A DNA stretch of 63,442 bases, filler included, from Saprolegnia diclina VS20 (taxonomy: Eukaryota), in NCBI RefSeq assembly GCF_000281045.1. It is 11 parts of 3 records of this genome, joined end to end, with 100 filler letters (N's around TTAATTAATTAA, not from the genome) between each part and the next. Parts side by side here need not be neighbours in the genome. Positions count along the whole stretch, not along the records: positions 23,952 to 37,244 come from NW_008246126.1; 10 more parts are not named here. One strand, 5' to 3'. The notes under the pieces were generated by a model that saw only the letters and a program-made list of their open reading frames with translations, was not told where the DNA came from and did not search any database. Below are positions 23,952 to 34,921 of the stretch, piece after piece (position 1 is the stretch's first letter; each line of letters starts with the position of its first letter). The translations under genes and the position numbers were made by a program.

Positions 23952-25693
23952 TGAAACATGCAGCAGTGATGGACGGAATGTCGAAAGACCTAATCTCGCC
24001 GCTTGGTTAATTCACAGTCTCCTCTACCTCGTCTCTCAAATGAGCTGCTGCATCCTCGCTTGGACGACACGAGTACGCCTGGCGAGAAGACGAGATGTCT
24101 CTCTTCCCATTACATGGAGCTGGATGGAAATGCCATTGACAGTGGCTTGCTCGTCGCCCGATAGTGCACGTCTGGCGGGACGCGATTTCTTGGACTAATG
24201 ATACCCTTTACCAGCCTCTTCTCTTTTCGAAGCGGAGATTCGAGTTTGGATTTATATGCATGTACTGCACAAATGCGACTCGTCCTTGCTGCTGTTGGAG
24301 TCCGTGGACCTATGTTCGACATCCTTGGGAAACGATCTTGTCGGTTGCTGCAGGTCAACACCATTGGATACCACACTCTCTAATCGGATACTAGCCTTGT
24401 ACAGCGTATATCAAAGCTTGCCCCGAACTCGCATCAATTGTATTTGTCATCCAGAGTTCATCCAGTGTTACTGCCGAGGTCATTCTGAGCTCCTGGAGTG
24501 ATACAGAGCTCATCCAGAGTTCATGCAGAATGATACAGTGGTCAAGGCACTGCATATTGTCGATGAAGCATTCCGCTTGGGGGTTGCTCCGTGATGTGTA
24601 GTAAAGCAGAGTGCCGAGGTCGAGGTGGCGCGACGTAACGTTAACGTAAAATCGGTCCGACCCAATATATATTTGTTCTCATTTTCAATCCAGTGGACGG
24701 TCATGGGTACGCTCGTGGCCCATAGTCGAAGGCTAGTGTACTACGAAACACTCGTGTCGAGTACCACGCTTATGTTGCAGCCTCGACACCCGACGCCGGC
24801 GTCGCACCGCTCGGTACGTTCATGCATTCCAGAAAGCGACGACATAGTCGGAATCTACTACTAGTAGGCTGAACGACTGGTGGTGGGGCAACTGAGGCCA
24901 TGGACATGCACCTCAAACCTCGTCGCGAGATGTCTCGTTGCCCATCGCAAGACCAGGAATAACCTCGGGACGATCCAGCGAAGTCCATCGAGATCCAGAT
25001 GCCTCATCATTTGTATCGATCGGACGGACAGCTGTGCGACGTTGTTGAAATGAGTCTTTCGAATTTTACGGATTAAGGGTCCTATTTCTAGGGTCGCCCG
25101 GCCTCCAACCTAATTTCCAATAGGCACGAATTTCCGGCATACATATTACCACAGAACCATTCGCATTCGATTCGTTCCGGCACCGCTCCCTCCTGCGTAC
25201 ATGTCGCCAAGCGCGATCTTAAAGACCATGTTTGCCTCTTGCATTTCGTGATCGACGTCAAGCGCGTGGGTATAGATCCCCTTACTGGCGCCGCCGGCGG
25301 AAGCCACAAAGTCTCGCCACTCTGCATTGGCGTATTGCTCGTGCAATGACCTCTGAGGGCTTGAATGACGAGTGTAAAGCCACATGGCCGGATGCCTCGT
25401 GTCCCACGTCCATGCTGGATCACTGACTTGATGGGCTGCGCGCTCGTGCGAGAAGAGAAATGTCTAGTTGACCCTTCTCTGGAGCTATAAGCTTTGTACA
25501 CACGACCCGCTAGGACGGCCACGGAGCTGTACGAGCAACGATCACCCGAGCGTGAGCGCCCACAGTCAACCTTGAAGTGTGGGATGACTCGCCACCAGCT
25601 GGCTGAATCTACAATCTGGATATATTTGATTTGCGAGGTATCCAAAAACAGCGGATCACCGTTTCATTTTCGCTTTTGCGTCGTCGAGCAAGC

Positions 25694-25939
25694 ATGGTGG
25701 CCCTCATTTGCGTCATGTACTCGGTCATGGCGGTCTTCTCGTCCACGGGCATCTACTCGACCAACCCGTGCGCGACGCCAGCAGCGGCGCCGTCGGCCAT
25801 GGACGTCTACCGCGACCAAATGGAGACCTATCTGAGCAAGAGCGAGCTGTACCGGGACTTGCACGCGCCACCCACGATGCCCACCGAAGACGACGAGTGG
25901 TCCGAGAGCTCGAGCCGCCGCCTACGCGCGTCGCCATGA
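25694..25939 (+). CDS. Small 81-aa protein with N-terminal hydrophobic (signal-like) segment
   Basis: MVALICVMYSVMAVFSSTG...; strong GC3 bias inside non-coding-looking DNA; INR-FPR TCATTTTCGCTTTTGC at 25664. Confidence 0.6.
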   Translation: MVALICVMYSVMAVFSSTGIYSTNPCATPAAAPSAMDVYRDQMETYLSKSELYRDLHAPPTMPTEDDEWSESSSRRLRASP

Positions 25940-26797
25940 GCACAAGACTCCTTATTTAACGCTGTAATTTCTATATCTACGCTCGCAACGCTTTTCGCAC
26001 GATTTCTTTTTGGTCGAATGCTCGCACGAGAGGGGACTTGCTGCACGAAGGGGATGATGGTTCACACAGCTGCTCGCGGCTGCTCGGAAATTAATACCCG
26101 GTGTCTGCCATTGCGTCGACAGGATCGTTGGTCGTCGCACGACTGGCTGTGTTGCGAAATCACTGGAAAGTCTGCTGTCGCCTTGCGCGGGTTTGCCCTC
26201 TACCAGACCCGTGTATGACCCGCGTTCTGGTGCCTACCGTACAGTCGCCAGCCATCGGTCTTGGTGGCCCCATCGCTGGGAATAAATTTTACTTCCAGCG
26301 ATGGGGCCAGCTGGTGCATCAGAGAGGATCTTCCCAGTCCGATCGCTCGACCAGATTCTTTGGCATACAAAAGGCCGATACAGCGCGGATATTCAATCTC
26401 AGAGGCAGCGACAAAGCAGAATTTGACAGGCAGCGCGATGTGCAAAGATACCTCTTTTGCGCGTTGTCGTCACGACGCGAATATATGCCAAAATACCCAT
26501 ACACTGTATTGTCGGCAAAGACAGTGTATGAACAGAATACCACTCCAATGTGTCGGCCCGCGAGGACACTTAGCGACGAAGACTTGTGCAAGACTTGTGG
26601 GCTCTGAGTATACATACTGACGAGCCGTTCGCTGCGAATATTTTCCTCCTGTATTTCGTGTCGCTGGACTCATCCGATACTTAGTAGATCCAACGGCCGG
26701 GTTTCTAAATGTCGTGCTAGTCGTTCTCCATCGCCAGATTTAGTAGTTTAGTTGACCGGTTTTGTGTATCCGGATGCGCAGGATCGACGAAGTGGCG

Positions 26798-27432
26798 ATG
26801 CAGAAGGAAGTGGCCGAGAGCAGCTTCCTCCACCTCTACGGCGAGGCCGTCCGGTCCATGGTAACCGCGACGCTGGCCTAGCTGCATCTCATGGTCCTGG
26901 GCTAGATCGAGCGCCATGAGGCAGCGACGGGCTCCTCGGCGCTCAACGACGATTTGACCGCGAAGCTCGAGGCCTTTGGGTACGACGTTGGCTACCGCTT
27001 CGTGGAGCGCTTCTCGCGGGACCGGTCGCGCCTCCTCGAGCCGCTCGACATCATCAAGTTCATCTGCAAGGACCTTTGGATCCACATCTTCAAGAAGCAG
27101 ATCGACAAGCTTCAGACCAACCACCGCGTGCGCATGACCTTCCATCGATCGTTCGTTGACCTCATATCCATGCACTAGGGCGTCTTTGTGCTGCAAGATT
27201 TCAACTTTCGCTGGATCCACGCGCTCTCTGCCGAGACTGACGCCGAGTCGAAGCAAAAAGCGCTCGTCTTCCTCGTCTTTCCCTGTGGCGTCCTCCGCGG
27301 CGCGCTCGCCAACCTCGGTCTCCTCGCGATCGTCAACGCCGACCTCAACGCCGTGCCTGGATGTACGCACTCGCTACGATATGCTGTGTACGAGAACACT
27401 GCGTAGGCGTGTTCAACATCAAGATTCGGTAG
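26798..27432 (+). CDS. TRAPPC6: TRAPP complex subunit 6 (Trs33), multi-exon
   Basis: KLEAFGYDVGYRFVERF, LDIIKFICKDLW..IFKKQIDKLQTNHR/GVFVLQD..F.W, FPCGVLRGALANLG; alternative in-frame ATG at 26774. Confidence 0.93.
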
Positions 27433-27447
27433 CGACCATCCATCGTC

Positions 27448-29178
27448 TCATGAGTTCATGGCCGCGTTGTACTGGGCAATGAAAGCATCGAGCTCGTCCG
27501 TGTGGCCGCCGCGGGCCATGCCGCGTGGCAGATGCGCCGGCCGATACAAGTCGACAATAAGAATGCACCTAGCGGATTCGAATTGAGAGAGCCATCACAT
27601 CGCCAGCTGTCGAGTACCGGGACGCGGTCGGGTGGTGGTTGAAGGCATAATGGAGCTTGCTGTCGTCAAAGACGAGGACGCGGCCGTTGGCTTGGGCGCG
27701 CGGCTCGCCATCGACGACAATGCAGCACGTCGACTCGTTGCCGTCGTACGTCGGAACATCGAGGCCAACGTGGCAGCGCAAAATGTCGTTGGCGAGGTCC
27801 GCCCAACCCTAATCCACGTCAGGTAGCCACCGCGTCACAGCAGGTGTACGCGATGGGCGCCAAGCGTCGTCTCGGGCCCGAGCTTGGAGAAGAGCGCCGT
27901 GCGGATGCCGGGGATCTGCCGGAGGAGCGCAACGGTCGCGGGGCACTGCGCACACGTCCCGGTCACCCACGTCGTTTTCGAGGCGTCCCACGCCGGAAAC
28001 GTGTAGCAGAGCGGGAAGACGCGCCACTCGCCGTCCTCACCAATGTAGTGGTCTTCGGGCCAGTTGGGCCAGTCGGTGGCCAATTGGGCCTTGAGCGCTT
28101 CGTCGCGAATCGTTTCATAGTGGGTGCGAAGGAGCTCGAGCTGCGGGAATACCTCACTAGACCGCAAACGTTGAGACCTTGTCCATTAAATGGTGATGGA
28201 CTTGAAGTAGTACCTGTAGTCGTAGTAGCTCGGGTTGCACTTGTCATCAATGTCATCGTCCGAGTCGTCGTCGTCGTCATCGTCATCGTCGTCGTCGTTG
28301 TCACTGCTGTCATCGACGTCGATCGGCGCCAAGACGTCGGGCACCGACGTCGACGGGACATACTCGAAGCAAAAAAGACCATATTGGATGTTGCCAAGCC
28401 GGACATCCTCATATTGCGACGTCTTCTTGAGCGTTAGCATCTCGGCCATCGCAGCGCGCAAGGTCGCATCGTTAACGCACTCGTTCAAAACTGCGCGCAG
28501 CCTACACGAACCGATGCAGCGCCAGGTCCAAGTCAGTTAGTCGTACACTGTGGAGTTGCTCTTGGCAGCGATCGTCGCGCTAAACGACACATCGCGGTGC
28601 TCGCGCAGACGAAAGTCGGGGTGCGACTGAAGCGCGTGGAGGCAGTCAAAAGGCTGGCGCGGATTGACGAAATCGGCGACCAGCAGGAACCCATGGGGCT
28701 TCAATACGCGGGACAGCTCGGTCAGCGCCGCCGGCGTGCACTCTTGGAGGCTCTGGACGGCGGTCACGACGTCAAACTTGGCGCGTGCAAACGCAGTCAT
28801 GCGGCCCTCGACGTCGTACTTGAGCACTTTCTGTTTGCCACGGTAGAGCTTCTTGTGCGCCTTGACGGCCGACGCGCACTTGTCGACACCGACAACGGTC
28901 ATCGGCGACGAATGCCACGCCTCGAGTGTCTTTTGGATCACGTGGAGGCCGGCGCCCGTGCCGCAGCCCACGTCCAGGACGTGCAGTCGGTGCGTCTCAT
29001 GCGCAATGGCGTCGACGACCGGCGACAGCTTGAGAAGACCGCGGTAGAGGTGGGCGTTGTGCGCTTGGGGCACGTCGTGCATCACCTTGGCCTCGCTGTC
29101 GTGGAGACCAATGTTGCAGTAGGGCAGGTACCCTTTCGCGACTGCGTCCGACGAGTAGTAGCCGTCGTAGTCGCGCAT
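27448..29178 (-). CDS. Fusion: class I SAM methyltransferase, poly-Asp linker, Asp/Asn beta-hydroxylase-family 2OG-Fe(II) dioxygenase
   Basis: MT: VLDVGCGTGAG, VGVD, FDVV, LSRVLKPHGFLLVADF. Joined in frame by a 45 nt intron 28502-28546 (GTACGA..TGTAG). Hydroxylase: ETIRDEA, WRVFPL, CPATVALL..IPGIRTALFSKLGP.T.L.AHR/G, LRCHVGL, VFDDSKLHYAFN, R/CILIVD. Confidence 0.8.
28246..28318 (-). repeat. Imperfect (GAY)n repeat encoding the acidic linker
   Basis: Encodes DDSSDNDDDDDDDDDDDSDDDIDD. Confidence 0.85.
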
Positions 29179-29635
29179 GTTTGAAAATGGCACCGGGTGG
29201 CGTATCCGGCAAGGAGGCTAAAAACACCCAATCGCCGCCGCCTTGCCACGCGTGGCGTTGCACCCGACACGACACGGCTTCAAGCCATGAGCGCACCGTA
29301 TTTGGATAGCCCTCCGTAGCCTTGGTATGGACGCTAGTGTCATCCTCGCGACAACCGGCCAGCCTTCTATACTACGACAAATGTAGTCGACTGACTGACT
29401 ACGCCAAGCCACTCAACCCAGACAGCAGCAAGCTCATATTTCTGGTAAAGCATTCCTCGGTGTATTGGCATTTGCATGAGCCATTGCAGGATGGGTCAAT
29501 CATATTCGAAGCATGCGTCATGGTAAAGAGCAAAGTGGGCGCCGACTACCGTCACTCTGGGTTGCCATGCACGAGTGATGGTGGCTGGTCGATGCCCCGG
29601 CGCCATCCGTGGCGCCAGTTGCGATTCGTCTCGAG

Positions 29636-30907
29636 ATGGACATAACGTTCCTCGGTACTGCGTCGGCGCAGCCGTCGCCAACGCGCAACCACTCTTCACT
29701 CGCGTTCCGCCCGGACGGCTCGGACGTGTGGCTCTTTGACTGCGGCGAGGGCACGCAGCACCAGATGATCAACCTCATGGCCGGCCACGCGACGCTAGCG
29801 CTGCAGGCGCCGGGCAATGCGTGCGCCGTTCTCAGCGCACCGCGACTGGCCAAAATCAGTCGCATCTTCTTGACGCATCTGCACGGCGACCACTGCTTTG
29901 GCTTGCCGGGGCTTCTGTGCACGGCGGGCTCGGTCGTGTCGTCGGACGTGCCCGAGAAGGCCAACCCGATTCACATCTACGGTCCGCGCGGGCTCAAAGC
30001 CTACGTCCGCAACATGCTACGACACACCATGTCGCGCATTGGCACTGGGTTCGACACGATAGCGACGCAATTTTTTGCTCATTTTCGTTCATGTAGGTTT
30101 GTGCTACATGAGCTGCTGCTCGCCAGTGACACACCGTCGCGCAACGACGAGTGCCACATTGACGAAGTCCTTGGCGACGACTTTGTCGCGACGTATCAGA
30201 GTACCAACAAGGACGACAGGGCGACAACCTACTGGACGCTGCAGGTCGGCACGGCGACGGCATTTGAGATTCTGGCCGCGCCGATTCCACACACGGTGCC
30301 CACGGTCGGGTACCTTCTCCGGGAACCAGCGTCGCCCGGACGCCTCAACATTGAGCTCGTTGCACCAATTCTTCAGCGCAACAAGGCGGCTTTGCAGCTC
30401 AAGAACCCGATGGCGCTACTACCCAAGCTCAAAAACGGCGAGACACTTACGATGCCCGACGGCACGGTGCTGTCGCCAGAAACGTGCGTCGGTCCGACAC
30501 GACCCGGGCGCGTCATCGTCATTCTCGGTGACACCTCGGATGCGCTCGCTTCTGCTTTTGTTTCTCTAACAGCCGAAGATGCCTACGTCGACGTTGTCGT
30601 CCACGAAGCGACGAACGCGTGCTTGCCGTCCGATGTCGCCACCGGCGCGACGCCAGCCGACGTCGAAGCGCAAACCAAAAGCCACGGACACTCAACGCCC
30701 GAGATGGCGGGCACCTTTGCCAACGCCATGCGATGCAAGCGACTCGTCCTCAACCATTTCTCAAGTCGGTACAAAGGCGACGGCGCCGCCGAGAGCCTCG
30801 CCGTCATGGACAACATTAAGGCGCTCGCAACCACTGCGTTTGGCTCGGATAACGTCGTGTGTGCCCGGGACTTTATGCAAGTCGCGATTGCGCCACGACC
30901 AGTTTGA
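29636..30907 (+). CDS. ELAC1: Ribonuclease Z, short form (ELAC1/tRNase ZS)
   Basis: ITFLGTASAQPSPTRN, LFDCGEGTQ, THLHGDH, PHTVPTVGY, GDT, HEAT, HGHST, LNHFSSRY; probable intron 30049-30096. Confidence 0.92.
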   Translation: MDITFLGTASAQPSPTRNHSSLAFRPDGSDVWLFDCGEGTQHQMINLMAGHATLALQAPGNACAVLSAPRLAKISRIFLTHLHGDHCFGLPGLLCTAGSVVSSDVPEKANPIHIYGPRGLKAYVRNMLRHTMSRIGTGFDTIATQFFAHFRSCRFVLHELLLASDTPSRNDECHIDEVLGDDFVATYQSTNKDDRATTYWTLQVGTATAFEILAAPIPHTVPTVGYLLREPASPGRLNIELVAPILQRNKAALQLKNPMALLPKLKNGETLTMPDGTVLSPETCVGPTRPGRVIVILGDTSDALASAFVSLTAEDAYVDVVVHEATNACLPSDVATGATPADVEAQTKSHGHSTPEMAGTFANAMRCKRLVLNHFSSRYKGDGAAESLAVMDNIKALATTAFGSDNVVCARDFMQVAIAPRPV

Positions 30908-31721
30908 GAAATCCCGAATCTACTCGATGCCGTCGTTGTTCGCGCCTACAAGGAGCTGAAAGGGAGACAGCCACGCCTCATCCGAGGTGCAGCGGTAAGA
31001 CAGGCCTCGGGCCTCTTTTCTCCAAGAGAACAAGTCATGGGAATATCAGACTGTGATTTTTGGCATGTGTGGTGGGTCAGCGTGGTGCAAAGGCTGGTCG
31101 ATGACAGATTCCTCGACACTGTGGAGCATCGCGTGTCTCGCGTCGTCGCTTATGTCTGGCTGAACCTGCACCGCCAGAGGTGCATCATGTTGGATCAATT
31201 TCTCGCCGAATTGGTTGCTCTACGTTCCAGCCTACATGGTCATGCGGCGCCTGGCAGTGACCCACAAGCCGTGGTCGTTTGATCTCAGTTCTCATGTCGG
31301 CAAGATGCAAGTCCTCACGTCAGCAAGAAGCAAGGTCTCAAGTTGGAGAGAAGCTACAGTGTACTTTGCGTTGCGCAAAACGCGACGCAATCACACTACA
31401 CGTAGTGTCCAGCGTTGGCGATAGCGAGGCCTAGTCGTTCGATCGCGTACTAGCATAACGCAGCATGTCAACGACAATTAACTACTGTCAAAGTGTGTGG
31501 TCGTACTAGTATGCATGAATTTTGCCTTGCACTTACTTGTATGACGGGACTGCGCCCGAGTCACGTCATCCGGCGTCGTGTGATGGCGCGAGGGAAGGCC
31601 TCGGAAGTCCCCGCGCGTGGCGGTGCTGCCTGCGGCTGCCTGATTGGCCAGTTCCAAGCTATCTCGACGTTGATTGGCTGGTTTGTTTCGCCGTTTCGCT
31701 CAGTTTGCACTTTCCATCAGC

Positions 31722-33110
31722 ATGAGTGCGTACATTGTGATCGGCGGCGGGCCGGTCGGCTGCGCGGCCGCCCTCCAGCTCGCACAGCGCGGGCACAGCG
31801 TGACCATCTACGAAGGCCGCGACAACATCCCGACAGACCCCGAGCAGAGCTACCCCATTGGCGTCAACCCCCGTGGCTTGCACGCGATCGCGAGCGTCGC
31901 GCCCGCGGTCGCCGAGCGCGTCAAGACCGAAGGCCGCGTCATCGATGCCTGGCAGATCTACGCCGGTGCGCGCTGCGTCGCCAAGCAGCTCTCGGGCGTC
32001 GTGTACGGCACGTCACGCGGCAACGTCAACTTGCATCTGATGAACGCCGCGCTGGCGCACGAGCGAATCACGGTGCACATGAGCCACAAGCTGCGCCACA
32101 TGGACGTGGGCGCCAAGCACCTCGAGTTTGAAGTGCGTGACGGCGGCGTCGTCACGATTGACGCCTCGTCAGCGCGAATTGTGGCGGCCGATGGCGTCAA
32201 CTCCAAGGTGCGGGCGGCGCTGGTTGCCGCCGATCCGTCGTTTGGCGTCACGATTACGCCGTGGGCAAACGAGTACCGCGTTCTCTTTGGGTCTGTGGGT
32301 CAAATGACAGACGTTCTGGATCCTGCAGTCCACTACATCTTTAGCGGTGGCTACACGGCGACGATCGACAACCACGGACAACAACAGTGGAGCCTCGTGA
32401 CGTGTGTGCGCGACACGGACGCCGCCTCGAGTCCATCGCAGCTCGTGCTCTCCCAGGATGCGTCGCCCGAGAACATTGCGCGTCTCAAAGCATGGGTCCA
32501 GTCGTTTGCACCGGCGTTTCTTCCGCTGGTGCCCGAAGACGAGTTCAAAAAGTACTTTGAGCGGCGCACGTACCGTGGTGCGGTCGTCGCATGCGAGAAG
32601 CTCCAGCTAAGCGAGTGGGTCGTCTTGCTTGGCGACGCTGCGCACTCGGTCTTGCCGCCGACGGGCGAGGGCATCAACAGTGGACTCGAAGACACGCTCG
32701 TGCTCGGTGCCTGCGTCGATGCGAGCCCGTCGTCGCCCTTTGCGCTCTACGAGACCCGCCGCCTGCCCGACGTCCGCGCACTACTCGCGTATGCCACCCA
32801 CCTCAACACGGCACCGTCCTGGGCCGGCGAGCGACTCGCACGTGGCATCTTCATGGTGCTCGAGGCGTATACGCCGCGCAGCATTGGCAAGTGCCTCTTT
32901 GGTCGGTTTGGCGTCGAGCGTGCGCCGTACCGACACATTGTCGGCACATGGCAGTGGAAGCGACTGGTGCTGCTCAACGTCGCGCGCCTCTTTAGCTACC
33001 CGATTGCTGCTGTCGTGTCGGCGCTATTGTTTGTGCCGCGGCTCGTGCGCGGGCAACTGTTTGTTGCACGGAGACCCGAGGCCGCGAAGCCATTGCAGTC
33101 GATCGTGTAG
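31722..33110 (+). CDS. FAD-dependent monooxygenase, kynurenine 3-monooxygenase-like, intronless
   Basis: VIGGGPVG, YEGR, VAADGVNSKVR, LLGDAAH..LPPTGEGINSGLED, C-terminal hydrophobic helix; INR-FPR-like GCTCAGTTTGCACTTTCC at 31698. Confidence 0.85.
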   Translation: MSAYIVIGGGPVGCAAALQLAQRGHSVTIYEGRDNIPTDPEQSYPIGVNPRGLHAIASVAPAVAERVKTEGRVIDAWQIYAGARCVAKQLSGVVYGTSRGNVNLHLMNAALAHERITVHMSHKLRHMDVGAKHLEFEVRDGGVVTIDASSARIVAADGVNSKVRAALVAADPSFGVTITPWANEYRVLFGSVGQMTDVLDPAVHYIFSGGYTATIDNHGQQQWSLVTCVRDTDAASSPSQLVLSQDASPENIARLKAWVQSFAPAFLPLVPEDEFKKYFERRTYRGAVVACEKLQLSEWVVLLGDAAHSVLPPTGEGINSGLEDTLVLGACVDASPSSPFALYETRRLPDVRALLAYATHLNTAPSWAGERLARGIFMVLEAYTPRSIGKCLFGRFGVERAPYRHIVGTWQWKRLVLLNVARLFSYPIAAVVSALLFVPRLVRGQLFVARRPEAAKPLQSIV

Positions 33111-34921
33111 GAGCTACGTTTGCTAATTATGATTGATACATGAAATGATTTTGATGAAGTGTAGTACACTAGTACCGACGAAATGCGCCAATCAAGTCAA
33201 AACACTAGACAATATTGCATCGTAACGACAAGACACATGCCCTGTGCAGTGGAAGCGTCCATTAACATCTTGGCAGCAACAGCTGTCTTGGGTGTCTTGG
33301 ACAAACTTTGTCCATGCTGGAACGGCGCTGCCGTTTAAGAAGCTTCTTTCATATACCCCTCATTCTCTGCAATACCCGATACCAAGGCCATAAATTTACA
33401 GCATTGCAGAGACCTATGCAAATGTCCAGTGACAGTGCAAACCATTTTTTTGTACTCGCGAGCGCGAAGCATGTCGCTGCGTCCGAGTATAAACGCGGGG
33501 CACGAAGATACGTCGAGCCGGTGTGGGATACCCAAGGACGCGCACTCGAGTAGTTTCTCTGCTCGTTGCCTTTAACGAAACAAAATATTCAGCATCGTTC
33601 TGCCAGACGGGCGGCCTCGGCACCCAATGCGACCATGACAGCGCCGGTGCAGTCTGCAAGACTTGCTGCCTGCGCGAAGTATGCCACACGATCGCCACGA
33701 CTGCTGCTGCACCAAGAGGGAGTACACAAGGGGCACGACCATCGACATTGAAGAGAAGAGGCATTCTCATGAAAGCTCCGTTAATGTCGTCGGTTCAACG
33801 AACCCCGTTGTCACGGTGGCGTTGGGTGCCGTTGCCATCACAAGTGCCGGAGATACGCATTCTTCCACGTTGCTGGCGTCGCTTATCGCTGTTCTTGTCG
33901 GCAACAAACGCAAGGGCTTGTCACCTCGGCGTGAGCTATCCATGCTCGCGCATGAATTTTCGCCCTCAGATACGTTCGTCCACCGAAGTGGGTGATGGCG
34001 CGTGAAGGTCCCCCAAATTAAGCACCTTGCGAACGACGACGGCGATCCAGTCGCGACAGTACGCTGTTGTATGGCAACCAGAGTGATGAGAATGATGCAA
34101 CTCCACCACGCTATGTACCACCTTTCACGACAGTGCGACCGTCGTGGAAGATGGTGGTACACCTATGGGCATCGAGGGTCGTCATCGTTGCGCGATCAGT
34201 CGGGGGTTTTGGGTTGTCGGGTTGAAGAAGCCATGAATCAAAGTGTTCCTTTATGACGTCAGTCCAAGCGTTAATTCACGAAAGGAAACTATTCCTTGCC
34301 AGTCGTTTTACGCTATTTAGTACAGGATACACGCAATGCATATGGTGTCCACTCTGTAGTAGAAAAGACACTGTACAAAGCGCGAAAGGACGACGCTCGC
34401 GGGGTCGGACCCATGGTTTCGTCAACGGCCGCTGCCACGGTGGCGATGGATGAAGCACCATACAGACGCAACGGCAAGCGGCGGCCGCGACCAACGCTGT
34501 TGATGCAGCCGCCTGTCCGATCGCCGTTTTCCCATTTTACGGTCAATTGAAGCGCGTCCGTGTCCGCTTCAATCCCTACGTGTCCACTGCGCGGCCTTGT
34601 GTATACAGGCACAGCCAATGCTGGCGCTCGAGAAATAACGTTATGGGTCTTTTGCGGTTGGTATGACAAGCGACTACCCCCCGTGAACGATGAGCGTGTG
34701 TCGCTAACGTGGCGGCTCGGCTGTTTCAAGTCCGTTTCGTCAACCCTACCATCTGGGTCTAAAAGATACTGCTGCGCGACTGCACGTATCTTGTCACCCG
34801 CGTCATGTAGACAGTCTCGGTCACCTGTTTCGCGCGCTTCAAGGTCCCGCGACCAAACGCTCGGCAGCGACCCAGTCCCATCTTTCTATTGTCTGCGTCA
34901 CCCACAAGCCCAGCACCAAAT

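Noticed and set aside
25900..25939. Canonical RxLR effector
   Set aside because: RRLR is C-terminal with no effector domain after it; kept only as a small-peptide candidate.
23952..26700. Short ORFs (e.g. 25146-25385, 26101-26607) as genes or transposon remnants
   Set aside because: No recognisable domain, terminal repeats or consistent codon bias; possibly decayed sequence, but I cannot support a call.
20766..33110. Aromatic-catabolism gene cluster (DODA, hydroxylase-MT, KMO-like)
   Set aside because: The genes are spread over 12 kb, interleaved with housekeeping genes and separated by an assembly linker; no evidence of co-regulation.
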